Shown: piece by piece, positions 1-9,971 of the stretch
Layout of the letters: every line of letters begins with the position of its first letter
Numbering within the stretch: the stretch's first letter is position 1
Origin: a virus
Lineage: Duplodnaviria; Caudoviricetes
IMG/VR virus record: IMGVR_UViG_3300013212_000061
Span: 16,025 to 80,024 of that record
Direction: 5' to 3' (one strand)
DNA length: 64,000 bases
Translations under genes and position numbers: made by a program
The notes under the pieces: model-generated
Told to the model about the DNA's origin: nothing
The model's input: only the letters and a program-made list of their open reading frames with translations
Databases searched by the model: none

Positions 1-13
1 AATTCTTGACTAC

Positions 14-703
14 ATGCAATTGTATGACAAATATGACCGAACGGTAAAAGTTAAAGAATCCAACTCATTAGATTATGTTTCTAGTCAAGTTTTGAATGTT
101 AACAAAATCAAGTTCACTGGTTCACTACAGGACTTATACCGTGATAACTTTGTTAAGTACATATATTATAACGTTGTCGATTCAGTGCTTGTGTATTACA
201 TTGACCAGAAGTTGAAGTCGATGGAGGTACTATTAACACTGGCAAATATTACAAATATGCCCTTATATAAAGCAAGTTCTCCAGTGGCAGTTACTGAATC
301 TATTATGGCCAGAAAATTGGCTGAGCAAGGAATGCGAATTGGAAGTGAAGAGAAATCTGATAGTCAAAAAGATGGCCAATACGCTGGAGCATTCGTAAAA
401 GAACCAATCTTAGGATTCTATGAAGGTGTAAGTGCATTCGATTTTGCTTCACTGTATCCTTCGATCATGAGACAATTCAATATATCTCCAGATGCATACA
501 TCGAAAAGATTTATAAGAGTGAAATTGATGAACGTAGAAAGAACAAAGAGGTTATAGTTTGTGATAATGGTGTAGTTTACAAAACTGAAGATTCAATCTT
601 AAGAAAGATATTAAGTGACCTATATGCACAGCGTAAAGATTATAAAAAAACTTCTTATGAATACTTCACAAAAGCTGACCGGTTGAAAAAACTGCTCCAA
701 TAA
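14..703 (+). CDS. DNA polymerase family B, N-terminal half (T4 gp43A-like); probably begins upstream of the window
   Basis: Exo III-like YNVVD, YAGAFVKEP and motif A FDFASLYPS; stops after the first fingers helix (RKDYKK), no motif B or C. Confidence 0.9.
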   Translation: MQLYDKYDRTVKVKESNSLDYVSSQVLNVNKIKFTGSLQDLYRDNFVKYIYYNVVDSVLVYYIDQKLKSMEVLLTLANITNMPLYKASSPVAVTESIMARKLAEQGMRIGSEEKSDSQKDGQYAGAFVKEPILGFYEGVSAFDFASLYPSIMRQFNISPDAYIEKIYKSEIDERRKNKEVIVCDNGVVYKTEDSILRKILSDLYAQRKDYKKTSYEYFTKADRLKKLLQ

Positions 704-747
704 CATGTATATATATAAACCGCGAAACTTAAAAAAATAATTACTAA

Positions 748-1725
748 ATGAGCAATATCTTTGAAAAAAGGGTAAACATTTTACCCTACGAATACCCATC
801 CCTATTAGCATACAAAGACGCAATCCGCCATTCATACTGGATTCACACAGAATTTAACTTTACAACAGATATTGATGACTTTATGACTAAAGTAACTGAA
901 TCAGAGCGTGAAGTAATTAAAAGATCGATGCTTGCAATCGCACAAATCGAGGTTAACGTTAAAACATTTTGGGCAGATCTTTATAAAAGAATGCCAATCA
1001 CTGAAATTGGAGATGTTGGAATGACATTTGCCGAAAGTGAAGTGCGACACAAAGATGCTTACGCACAATTATTAAGAGTCCTAGGATTAGAAGACGAATT
1101 CCAACATGTAGTAGAAATTCCAGCAATTAAAGATAGAATTGCATACTTAAGTAAGTATTTGGATGGTACAAGAAGTAAGGACAATAAAATGTATACGAAA
1201 TCCGTACTGTTATTTTCATTGTTTATAGAACATGTTAGTCTATTTAGCCAATTCTTTATTATGATGTCCTTTAACAAAGAGAAAAACCTTTTTAAAGGTA
1301 TTTCAAATGTAGTTGAAGCGACAAGTAAAGAGGAGGAAATCCACGGTAACTTCGGATCTGAATTGATTAACATTATTAAGAGAGAGAATCCAGAATGGTT
1401 TGATGAGGAATTCGAACAACTTATAGATTCTGCCTGTAAAAAAGCGTACCTAGCAGAGGTTAAAATTCTTGATTGGATTTTTGAAAAGGGTGAACTTGAT
1501 TTCCTATCAAAGGAGACTATTAAACAATTTATCCAAAACCGTTTTAATAATTCCCTACAAAGAATTGGAATGAAACCTGTATTTGATGTTGATTTTACAG
1601 AAATTGAAAAGTCCCTATGGTTTGACGTTGAGATTCTTTCAACTAAAGAGGGAGACTTTTTTTACAAGAAGCAAATCGATTATTTTAAGAAAGGTAAGTC
1701 AATAACTGAAGACGATTTATTTTAA
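748..1725 (+). CDS. nrdB: Ribonucleotide reductase class Ia beta subunit
   Basis: Ferritin-like motifs ESEVRHKDAY, IEHVSLFSQF, EEEIHG and C-terminal DFF...EDDLF. Confidence 0.95.
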   Translation: MSNIFEKRVNILPYEYPSLLAYKDAIRHSYWIHTEFNFTTDIDDFMTKVTESEREVIKRSMLAIAQIEVNVKTFWADLYKRMPITEIGDVGMTFAESEVRHKDAYAQLLRVLGLEDEFQHVVEIPAIKDRIAYLSKYLDGTRSKDNKMYTKSVLLFSLFIEHVSLFSQFFIMMSFNKEKNLFKGISNVVEATSKEEEIHGNFGSELINIIKRENPEWFDEEFEQLIDSACKKAYLAEVKILDWIFEKGELDFLSKETIKQFIQNRFNNSLQRIGMKPVFDVDFTEIEKSLWFDVEILSTKEGDFFYKKQIDYFKKGKSITEDDLF

Positions 1726-1746
1726 AATTTAAAAACAAAGAACAAA

Positions 1747-3372
1747 ATGGAATATCAAAAGAATTACTGGCTTAATGAAGACAGTAGAACATTTTTATCT
1801 AGAGGTTATATCACAGAATCTCCAGAGCAGCGAATTAAAGATGTAGCAAATACCGCAGAAAGAGACTTAAAAATTGAAGGATTTGCAAAAAAGTTTGAGG
1901 ACTATATGACTAGAGGATTCTATAGTTTATCAACTCCAGTTTGGATTAATTATGGAAAAGACAAGGGACTTCCGGTTAGTTGTTATGGAAGTAACGTAGA
2001 TGATACTTTAGATAGTATCTTAAATGGAAGTAGAGAAGTTGGAATGATGTCAAAATACGGAGGAGGAACTTCGGCATTTTTAGGAAACATCAGGGCAAGA
2101 GGTACTAAAATTTCAACAGGTGGAACTGCAGATGGTCCAGTACATTATGCCAGATTATACGATACAACAGTTGATGTATGCAAACAATCAGAGGCCAGAA
2201 GAGGCGCATGTGCAGTTTGGTTACCAGTAGAACACAATGACATTCTAGAATTTTTAGATATCGGAACCGATGGTAATCCAATTCAAAACCTACAATATGG
2301 TGTTACTGTCACCGACGCTTGGATTGCTGAGATGAAAGCAGGAGACGCAGATAAACGTAAAATCTGGGCTAAAATAATCCAAAGACGTAATGAGTTTGGT
2401 TTTCCTTACATTATGTTTAAGGACAATACCAATAACAATTCGCCATATAAAGAATTGGGACTTGAAATTACCGCAAGTAACCTTTGTAGTGAAATTCAAT
2501 TACCAACAGACAGTTTTAATTCATTTGTTTGTTGTTTAGGTTCTATCAATTTATTACATTGGGAAGAAATTAAAGAGACTGATGCAATCGAAGTTTATGT
2601 TCAGTTCTTAAACGCAGTTATGGACGAATTCGTCAACAAGTCTTATAATATGCCTGGAATGAAAAGAGCATGGAGATTTGCAAATGACCACAGATCGTTA
2701 GGTCTTGGAGTATTGGGTTATCATTCACTATTTCAGGCTAAATTAATTAGCTTTGATTCACTTCAAGCAAAACAATTAAACCATGAAATCTTTTCAACAA
2801 TAAAAGAACGTAGCGAGGCGGCTTCAAGATGGTTGCACGATGAGAAAGGTTACCGTTCAATCCGTCCAGGTTATGCAAACACTACCCTAGTTGCGATTGC
2901 TCCTACAAAAAGTAGTTCATTTATCCTAGGACAGGTAAGTATGGGAATTGAACCAATCAAATCTAATTATTTTATTAAAGATTTGGCCAAGTCAAAAACA
3001 ATTTATAAGAACCCTTTCTTAATTCAAGAGCTGGACAAATATGGTTTAAATACACCAGATGTTTGGGAAGGAATCTTAAAACGTGACGGGAGTGTACAAC
3101 ATTTAGACTTTCCAACTAAAGAGGTTTTTAAATCTTTTGTTGAAATCAGTCCAAAGGAAATAGTACTACAAGCGGCTCAAAGACAACAATTTATTGACCA
3201 ATCACAGTCACTAAATTTAATGATACATCCATCAGTTTCGGCTAAGGACATTAATACACTATACCTTTACGCACATGAGGAAGGGGTTAAAACCCTATAC
3301 TATCAATTTAGTCAAAGTTCAGCCCAGTCTTTTGCAAGAGACATTCTTGAATGCACAAGCTGCGAGGCGTAA
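1747..3372 (+). CDS. nrdA: Ribonucleotide reductase class Ia alpha subunit, short form without ATP cone
   Basis: PVSC, GGGTS, SNLCSEI, APTKSSS, KTLYY and C-terminal CTSC. Confidence 0.95.
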   Translation: MEYQKNYWLNEDSRTFLSRGYITESPEQRIKDVANTAERDLKIEGFAKKFEDYMTRGFYSLSTPVWINYGKDKGLPVSCYGSNVDDTLDSILNGSREVGMMSKYGGGTSAFLGNIRARGTKISTGGTADGPVHYARLYDTTVDVCKQSEARRGACAVWLPVEHNDILEFLDIGTDGNPIQNLQYGVTVTDAWIAEMKAGDADKRKIWAKIIQRRNEFGFPYIMFKDNTNNNSPYKELGLEITASNLCSEIQLPTDSFNSFVCCLGSINLLHWEEIKETDAIEVYVQFLNAVMDEFVNKSYNMPGMKRAWRFANDHRSLGLGVLGYHSLFQAKLISFDSLQAKQLNHEIFSTIKERSEAASRWLHDEKGYRSIRPGYANTTLVAIAPTKSSSFILGQVSMGIEPIKSNYFIKDLAKSKTIYKNPFLIQELDKYGLNTPDVWEGILKRDGSVQHLDFPTKEVFKSFVEISPKEIVLQAAQRQQFIDQSQSLNLMIHPSVSAKDINTLYLYAHEEGVKTLYYQFSQSSAQSFARDILECTSCEA

Positions 3373-3431
3373 GAAACCGGCAATCTGAAACATGATTGCA
3401 TTTTAGGACCGGGACTAGTTCACGGAGGTGT

Positions 3432-3465
3432 AAAGCAGGGAATTCGCTACTCCCTGCTTTTTTAT
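3432..3465 (+). terminator. Intrinsic terminator after nrdA
   Basis: AAAGCAGGGA/TCCCTGCTTT stem followed by a T-run. Confidence 0.8.
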
Positions 3466-3510
3466 GTTTAAAATCTAGGGATATATAAATAAAATAAAAA
3501 TCTTTTGCAA

Positions 3511-4593
3511 ATGATTCCAATCAAGCTTTTCGAAGAATTCTTATACGAAGAAAATCTTAAAAACAAATACGCTAAGAAAGTGGCATGGATTATGAAGTCT
3601 CATGATATTCATGCAACTTCAGGCGATGTTAATGGCCGCGAAAAGAAATACAATATCGCCGCTAAAGGTAACCTATTCTTAAACTATGCAACCAAAGAGG
3701 ACTTTAAAGATGATGCAGTTGTAGTACCTGGAAATGTTCCAATACTTAATTATGGAGGAGCAGTAGACCCGGAGGCTATTGGATTCTTAAAGAATAAAGG
3801 AATCAACAATGATAATCTATACAACAAAAGAGAATTACTTCCACTATCAGGAGACAAGATAAAATTTGCTAAAGCAGCCGCAAAATTTGATTGGCTTCCA
3901 AAAACAGTTTTTACAAAAGAGGATGCCATTAAAGGAGACGTTGGTTTCCCGGTAATTGCAAAAATAAAAGATGGACACAGTGGAGTTGGAATTCAAAGGT
4001 TTGACACCGCCAAAGAATTAGAAGAGAGCAAAGATACATTCGATATCTTTTGTCAATTTATAGATTTTGCAAGAGAATATAGAGTAATGTTTTGTAGAGA
4101 CAAGATATTTGTTATCAACGAAAGAGTACCTAGAATTGAGGACGACCGTTCAATCAAAACTAAAACTGCCGATGAAAAAATCAGTTTTACTTATGTTTAT
4201 CAAGACAGAAAGAAAGTTGACCCTGAATTTATTGAAAATGTGTTATCAATTTGCAAAGACGTTAAAACATTCTTAGACCTAGACTTATGGGCCCTAGATA
4301 TTGTAGTAGATAAAAAGGGTAAAATGTGGATTATGGAAACATCATCTGCTACCGGACTTGGAAGTGTTAAAATGTGCGAAGTTTATAAGGCAATGTATGA
4401 AGATTTTTACGGAGAAGCAATAGATGACGAATTCTTAGAGGACATTTACCTAAAATACGTAGTTCCTGGACATCAAAATTATTACCCAAAATTTAAAAAA
4501 GAAATCGATTCATCACAATGGCCGATGGATTACAAAATATTGACTGATCCGAAAGCAAAAGATGGATATAGATATTTTTTTAATTTAGATTAA
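3511..4593 (+). CDS. RimK-like ATP-grasp ligase with N-terminal capsid-targeting-like peptide
   Basis: GDKIKF, LPKT, FPVIAKIKDGHSGVGI, REYRV, ALDIVVD..MWIMETSSATG; starts MIPIKLFEEFLYE; GATATATAA at 3480. Confidence 0.75.
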   Translation: MIPIKLFEEFLYEENLKNKYAKKVAWIMKSHDIHATSGDVNGREKKYNIAAKGNLFLNYATKEDFKDDAVVVPGNVPILNYGGAVDPEAIGFLKNKGINNDNLYNKRELLPLSGDKIKFAKAAAKFDWLPKTVFTKEDAIKGDVGFPVIAKIKDGHSGVGIQRFDTAKELEESKDTFDIFCQFIDFAREYRVMFCRDKIFVINERVPRIEDDRSIKTKTADEKISFTYVYQDRKKVDPEFIENVLSICKDVKTFLDLDLWALDIVVDKKGKMWIMETSSATGLGSVKMCEVYKAMYEDFYGEAIDDEFLEDIYLKYVVPGHQNYYPKFKKEIDSSQWPMDYKILTDPKAKDGYRYFFNLD

Positions 4594-4594
4594 T

Positions 4595-5653
4595 ATGAAA
4601 ACAGGAATATTTAAAACATCGCTAAAGGAAAACGAAAAACGAATTCCAATCCACCCAGCCCATATTGAAAGGCTATCCGGAGAAATAATTAAAGAACTCT
4701 TATTTGAAGAGGGATATGGAGATGACTATGGCTATTCAGACTCTCAACTCGAACAAATGGGTTGCAAGTTTGCCAGTCGTGCGGATCTTTTTAAAGAGTG
4801 CAACATAATTATATTACCAAAACCACTCGCTGAAGACCTAAAACAAATACAGGATGGTGCAACTCTATGCGGTTGGACCCATGCAGTTCAACAGAGGGAC
4901 ATTACAGACATTGCTATCGAAAAAGGGTTAACACTTATTGCTTGGGAAGAGATGAACAGTGTTTCCAAAAACCAAAAGTTGCATACATTCTATCGGAACA
5001 ATGAACTTGCTGGATACGCTGGCGTTATACATTACCTACAATTAGCAGGTCTTGATGGACACTATGGAGACCGTAAGAAGGTTGTTATTTTTGGATTTGG
5101 TTCTGTAAGTAAAGGAGCAATCTATGCCCTACAGGGTAGAGGTTTTAATAACATTACCGTTTATACTCAAAGACCTACACACTTAGTTGCCGACAAAAAT
5201 CCTGACGTCTGGTACAAAAACTTTAATGACGATGACGTTTGGGAAGACATGTATTCTGCCAATATTATATTTAATGGAGTCTTACAGGATGTAAATAATC
5301 CACTAATGTTTATTAAAGATTTGAATCAATTGGATCAACTACGCAGAAACTGCGCAATTATCGATATCAGTTGTGACAGGGGAATGGGATTCTTTTTTGC
5401 AGAACCTACATCATTTGAAAATCCAATTATAAAATTAAGAAGAGGGATACAGTACTATTCAGTCGATCATACTCCAACATACTTATGGAATGCAGCATCT
5501 AGAGAAATCTCTGCCGCGCTTGTACCTTACTTAGATACTATAATAGAACCTCAAAAATGGAAAGACAATCCAGTTATTAATGCTTCTATCGATATTGCAT
5601 GTGGAACTATTATTAATCAAAACATAAACAAATTTCAAAAAAGGAATATATAA
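4595..5653 (+). CDS. N5-(carboxyethyl)ornithine synthase-like / AlaDH-PNT family NAD(P)-dependent dehydrogenase
   Basis: KENEKRIPIHP, NNELAGYAGV, Rossmann motif GFGSVSKGA, IIDISCD, YSVDHTPT. Confidence 0.8.
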   Translation: MKTGIFKTSLKENEKRIPIHPAHIERLSGEIIKELLFEEGYGDDYGYSDSQLEQMGCKFASRADLFKECNIIILPKPLAEDLKQIQDGATLCGWTHAVQQRDITDIAIEKGLTLIAWEEMNSVSKNQKLHTFYRNNELAGYAGVIHYLQLAGLDGHYGDRKKVVIFGFGSVSKGAIYALQGRGFNNITVYTQRPTHLVADKNPDVWYKNFNDDDVWEDMYSANIIFNGVLQDVNNPLMFIKDLNQLDQLRRNCAIIDISCDRGMGFFFAEPTSFENPIIKLRRGIQYYSVDHTPTYLWNAASREISAALVPYLDTIIEPQKWKDNPVINASIDIACGTIINQNINKFQKRNI

Positions 5654-5676
5654 ATAAAAAAAAATAAAAAACGATA

Positions 5677-6120
5677 ATAAAACACATTAAACTATACGAA
5701 GAATTTGTAAACGAAGACTTAGGAATAATTGACATTGCATTAGGAGCCGCAGTTGGAGTTGCAGGTCTATTGGCATTAGTTCAAGGTTTACCGGTAGTAG
5801 GTAGGGTTCTTGGAGATGCTGCTGAAGCATTAGCAAATAGGACTGAAGCAAAAGCTAAGCAAGCAGCAAAAGGTAAAAGAAAAGAATTAATTGGAGAAAT
5901 CATTAAGAAATTTGAAGGAGATACAAAACTTAAACAAATGTATCAAGACTTGCCTGAGTATGGCGCAATGGGAAGTAGTCAAAAAACACTTAAAGCCAAT
6001 AGTGAAAGAAGAAACCAATTAACAACAATCGGAAATTATATTAAATCTAAACTAACACAAGAGGAAATGGAATACTTTACCGATATTTCTTCTATGCTAA
6101 GAACTGGAGACGTAAGATAA
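5677..6120 (+). CDS. Hypothetical protein with capsid-targeting-like N-terminus; apparent ATA start
   Basis: The 5770 ORF frame extends upstream to ATA AAA CAC ATT AAA CTA TAC GAA GAA TTT (KHIKLYEEFVNE); in-frame stop at 5665, no ATG. Confidence 0.6.
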   Translation: MKHIKLYEEFVNEDLGIIDIALGAAVGVAGLLALVQGLPVVGRVLGDAAEALANRTEAKAKQAAKGKRKELIGEIIKKFEGDTKLKQMYQDLPEYGAMGSSQKTLKANSERRNQLTTIGNYIKSKLTQEEMEYFTDISSMLRTGDVR

Positions 6121-6137
6121 AAATATCATTTAATGTA

Positions 6138-6230
6138 ATGGACCCAGCGCCAAATTGCCTACCCTTCTTTATTGGAATAATTGGTATATTTTTTATAGTC
6201 ATGATACTTAATGAATTTAAAAAAAATTAA
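6138..6230 (+). CDS. 30-aa single-TM peptide
   Basis: MDPAPNCLPFFIGIIGIFFIVMILNEFKKN, read by hand. Confidence 0.4.
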   Translation: MDPAPNCLPFFIGIIGIFFIVMILNEFKKN

Positions 6231-6281
6231 ATAATTAACCTCTCCTCAGGATAGAATCGGAGGACCGACTCATACGAGTTT

Positions 6282-6308
6282 AACCTGTCAGTAATGGCAG
6301 GTTTTTTT
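6282..6308 (+). terminator. Intrinsic terminator
   Basis: AACCTGTCA-GTAA-TGGCAGGTT followed by a T-run. Confidence 0.75.
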
Positions 6309-6312
6309 ATGT

Positions 6313-6340
6313 GAAACAAAACCCCCTTTTTGTCTATAAT
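6313..6340 (+). promoter_or_regulatory. Class II (putative middle) promoter GAAAC-N17-TATAAT
   Basis: Same motif and spacing at 9932, 30625, 61352, 62902; variants at 47578 and 21737. Confidence 0.65.
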
Positions 6341-6364
6341 ACTTAAATAATTTAAACACTAAAT

Positions 6365-7120
6365 ATGAAAATTAAAATTGACAAAGTAGACCAAAACAAT
6401 TTCATCGGTTTTGTGAATAGACTTAAGGTTATAGATACCTTTATCTACTTTAAAATCAAGGATGAAGTGGTACAGGCATCCGCCTATCTTCCACAAAGAG
6501 ATGCTGTTAAACATCACAGAATTCCAGTGTCGCAAGTATTCCAATTAGAAGACGGTGCTATTAACACATCAAAAGAATTAAAAATTGCCTTCTTTGATGC
6601 TGGTCGTTTAACTGACGCATTTAAACAATTTGAATTTGGAAACATCCAAGCTGAAATTGAATTCGTAGAAAATGACGAGGATTTCGTAGCAACTGAGTTC
6701 CGTATTTTCAACAATGAATTGGAAATTAAACTTGCATGTTCTGAGCCTTCATTAGGTTATAAAGACCTTACAGATGCTCAAATTGCAGGAATCTTTAATA
6801 TTGACGCAGCAAACTATGTATTTGACATGGATTATACTGCAACTTCAAAAGTTCGTTCTCTTTTTGGATTGGACAAAGAAGAAACTTTCACTATCTCAAC
6901 TAATGCAGAAGGTGTCCGAATGAAAGGTAAAACTTACAACTACCTTGTAACCGATTCATTCCAAGGAACCAATCCTGGAAATGTAACTCTTTTCAAAAAA
7001 TATTTAAACCTATTAGACAAAGAAGATTATTCAGCAAATGTTATGGATAACCGAGTAGTATTACGCTCAAAAGATTCAGAAACATTACTAACTATCGCTA
7101 CTTGCCAAACAGCTGAATAA
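6365..7120 (+). CDS. Probable sliding clamp (gp45-like)
   Basis: Size, beta-rich acidic composition and position just before the polymerase; no diagnostic motif. Confidence 0.45.
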   Translation: MKIKIDKVDQNNFIGFVNRLKVIDTFIYFKIKDEVVQASAYLPQRDAVKHHRIPVSQVFQLEDGAINTSKELKIAFFDAGRLTDAFKQFEFGNIQAEIEFVENDEDFVATEFRIFNNELEIKLACSEPSLGYKDLTDAQIAGIFNIDAANYVFDMDYTATSKVRSLFGLDKEETFTISTNAEGVRMKGKTYNYLVTDSFQGTNPGNVTLFKKYLNLLDKEDYSANVMDNRVVLRSKDSETLLTIATCQTAE

Positions 7121-7123
7121 TTT

Positions 7124-8320
7124 ATGACAATCGAAGAACTAATACTAAAACCAGAGAGTGATTTATCACAAGATGAAATTAAAACATTGGTTGAGCATTA
7201 TTCTATGTTGTCAGCAAAGTTTGGAGCCTATGAACAAGCAGTAAAAGTAATGCTTAACTCGATCTATGGCGCCTTCGGTAACAAATGGTTTCACTTTTTT
7301 AATATAGACATCGCAGAATCTATTACCCTACAGGGACAGTCTGCGATTCTATATTCTGAGAAGATACTAAATAAGTATTTTCAAGAGTTTTGGACTAAAG
7401 ACAAGGCAGTTCATGAGTTTTTTAACATTCAAGTTAAAAATAAACTTGTGCGACCTTCAGTAGTCTATATTGATACCGATTCTTGTTATGTACAGTTTGA
7501 AGAGATGTATGAATCTATTGAATGGCTTGGAGACAAGATATCGATTGACCAATTCATTATGAAATTGTATAACTTTAGACTTAAAGATTATATTTTTAAG
7601 TGTATGGAGAAATATGCAGAAGCCACTAATACTGAAAACTTCCTCCAGTTTGAATTGGAAACGATTGCCTACTCTGGAATTTGGTTAGCTAAGAAAAAAT
7701 ACCTGCAAAATATTGCTTGGGAAGATAAAATTGGAATTGAAGAACGTTACCCTTCACTTAAGAAGGTTAAAACTATTGGTTTTGATACAATTCAAAGTTC
7801 AACACCAGCTCTTGCAAGAAAGCAGTTGACCGATATTCTTAAATTGATTCTTTCAGAAAAACCTACAGCGTCCCTATTAAAAAGACTAGTAGATTATTTG
7901 AAACAATGTAAAAAAGAATTCCAATTAGCAAGTGTTGATGAGATATGTTTTAATAAAAGAACTAACAATATCGAAAAATATATTGTAGATGATACGGTAG
8001 AATTTCAATATGGTTTAAAATGTCCACCAAACGTTAAAGCTGCAGGATTTTATAATTTCTTAATGAATCAAAATCCAAAGTTCAAGAACAAGTATAAGAT
8101 GATTGGTAATGGTGAAAAGCTAAAACTATATCATTGTAAACATGGGACATGTGAAATATTTGCATACCAACCAGGAGCTCATCCTTATGAAATTGCCCCT
8201 CAAGTTGACTATGAAACACAATTCGAAAAGAGTGTTATAGATCCATTGAACCGGGTTCTTACCGCAGTTGGTTTACATACACTAAATAGAAACTTAATTT
8301 ATTCAACTTCATTATTTTAA
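7124..8320 (+). CDS. DNA polymerase family B, C-terminal half (gp43B-like)
   Basis: Motif B KVMLNSIYG, motif C YIDTDS, KKKY, C-terminal clamp-binding-like STSLF. Confidence 0.92.
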   Translation: MTIEELILKPESDLSQDEIKTLVEHYSMLSAKFGAYEQAVKVMLNSIYGAFGNKWFHFFNIDIAESITLQGQSAILYSEKILNKYFQEFWTKDKAVHEFFNIQVKNKLVRPSVVYIDTDSCYVQFEEMYESIEWLGDKISIDQFIMKLYNFRLKDYIFKCMEKYAEATNTENFLQFELETIAYSGIWLAKKKYLQNIAWEDKIGIEERYPSLKKVKTIGFDTIQSSTPALARKQLTDILKLILSEKPTASLLKRLVDYLKQCKKEFQLASVDEICFNKRTNNIEKYIVDDTVEFQYGLKCPPNVKAAGFYNFLMNQNPKFKNKYKMIGNGEKLKLYHCKHGTCEIFAYQPGAHPYEIAPQVDYETQFEKSVIDPLNRVLTAVGLHTLNRNLIYSTSLF

Positions 8321-8321
8321 T

Positions 8322-8513
8322 ATGGATATAGATATCGATGACTTAACATCAGACCAAAAATACTACGTCAATCAATACAAGAGAATTAATTCTAGACTAG
8401 AATCTCTTATGGCGCAAATGGCAATAATACAAAAGGAAACTAAAGGACTAATAGAGGAACTTGAAGACCTTAGAAAAAAAGAAACAAAACAATACAAAAA
8501 TGGCAAAAAATAG
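8322..8513 (+). CDS. Small coiled-coil hypothetical protein
   Basis: Tightly packed in the operon. Confidence 0.55.
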   Translation: MDIDIDDLTSDQKYYVNQYKRINSRLESLMAQMAIIQKETKGLIEELEDLRKKETKQYKNGKK

Positions 8514-9618
8514 ATTTACATTTGACGATTTAAACGCAGAACTTGCAGGATTAAATCCACTAGGTTCTGTTATGGATAAATCAGACTTTTCGGAAGTTAC
8601 TGAATGGATTCATACTGGAAACTATCATTTAAACGCATGTCTGTCTGGGGATTTATTTGGTGGATGGCCAAATAATAGGTCTTGCTCGATTGCTGGACCA
8701 TCAGGAACAGGTAAAACTTTCTTGACACTGAATTCAGTTCGAGAGGCAATCAACATGGGTTATTACGTAATCTATTATGATTCAGAAGCTGCAGTTGACA
8801 AAGACCAAATGGTAAAATTTGGTATTGATGTAACTAAAGTAAACTACCAACCTGTAAATACAGTACAGGCATTTAGAACTTCGGTAACCTCAATTACCCA
8901 AAAAATGCAAGAGGTTAAAAGAAAAGGTGGAGAGATTCAAAAGATTATGATTATCTTAGATAGTGCCGGTAACCTTGCAACACAAAAAGAAATTGATGAT
9001 GCTGCAACTGGAAGTGAGAAGGCAGATATGACACGTTCTAAAATGTTAAAGTCAATCTTTAGAATTATCATGACGCCATTGGCTGACTTAAAGATCCCGT
9101 TCTTATTTACAAATCACACATACCAAACCCAAGATTTCATCTCACGTCAGGTTGCCGGAGGTGGTACTGGACCAGAGTATGCCGCTTCAATAGTTCTTAT
9201 GTTAAATAAGGCGCAATTGAAAGATGGTGATAAAAAAGTTGGTATCGTTGTAACCGCCAAGCCTGACAAGAATCGTTTCGCAAAACCCCACCCAATTAAA
9301 TTCCACCTCGACTTTACTAAAGGTATGAATCCTTACGTTGGATTAGAACAATATGCTACATGGGATATTTGTGGAATCACAAGAGGTTCTATTGAAAAGG
9401 GTGTTAAAACTCCTAAATCAACTGCAAGAGGATGGATTTGTAAACACCTTGATGAGACTGTTTCTAATGCAGAATTCTTTACTGAAAAGGTATTTACAAG
9501 AGAGGTGCTTGAACAAATTAATGAGTACCTTAAGCCAATTTTTAATTATAATACTTCGGCTGAAACTCTTAATAATGAAATTGGAGACTTATTAAACGAG
9601 GACTTAGATACTGAATAA
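8500..9618 (+). CDS. uvsX: RecA-like recombinase UvsX
   Basis: Walker A GPSGTGKT, YYDSE, ILDS, KADMTR, TNHTY; ATG at 8500 preferred over TTG at 8461. Confidence 0.92.
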   Translation: MAKNRFTFDDLNAELAGLNPLGSVMDKSDFSEVTEWIHTGNYHLNACLSGDLFGGWPNNRSCSIAGPSGTGKTFLTLNSVREAINMGYYVIYYDSEAAVDKDQMVKFGIDVTKVNYQPVNTVQAFRTSVTSITQKMQEVKRKGGEIQKIMIILDSAGNLATQKEIDDAATGSEKADMTRSKMLKSIFRIIMTPLADLKIPFLFTNHTYQTQDFISRQVAGGGTGPEYAASIVLMLNKAQLKDGDKKVGIVVTAKPDKNRFAKPHPIKFHLDFTKGMNPYVGLEQYATWDICGITRGSIEKGVKTPKSTARGWICKHLDETVSNAEFFTEKVFTREVLEQINEYLKPIFNYNTSAETLNNEIGDLLNEDLDTE

Positions 9619-9619
9619 T

Positions 9620-9931
9620 ATGGAAGTGAATCTTAATCGACTAGATGAAGACAAACTACCCATTAAATATATTTTAGGCATCCATGAACAACTAGAAAGT
9701 TTTCCGGATGCCTTTGATATTATACATGTTTATGTTGTCGAAACTATGAAAAAACCAGACCGACCACGAATCAATTTTACAAAACACTCATTGATGACAT
9801 ATCATGCATGCGGTAATATTGAAAATGCGGAGAAAGGTTTAGAACAGGCAATTGGCCTAGGTTTAATTGAGCAAACCCATTTTGAAGATGGAAAAGAAAC
9901 ATACAAAATATTAATGAACCCGTTCCAATAA
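9620..9931 (+). CDS. Hypothetical protein
   Basis: ORF between uvsX and the helicase. Confidence 0.6.
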   Translation: MEVNLNRLDEDKLPIKYILGIHEQLESFPDAFDIIHVYVVETMKKPDRPRINFTKHSLMTYHACGNIENAEKGLEQAIGLGLIEQTHFEDGKETYKILMNPFQ

Positions 9932-9959
9932 GAAACTTTACCCCAAACAGGCTTATAAT
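9932..9959 (+). promoter_or_regulatory. Class II promoter GAAAC-N17-TATAAT
   Basis: Exact motif upstream of the helicase. Confidence 0.65.
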
Positions 9960-9971
9960 CTAAAAAAATAT

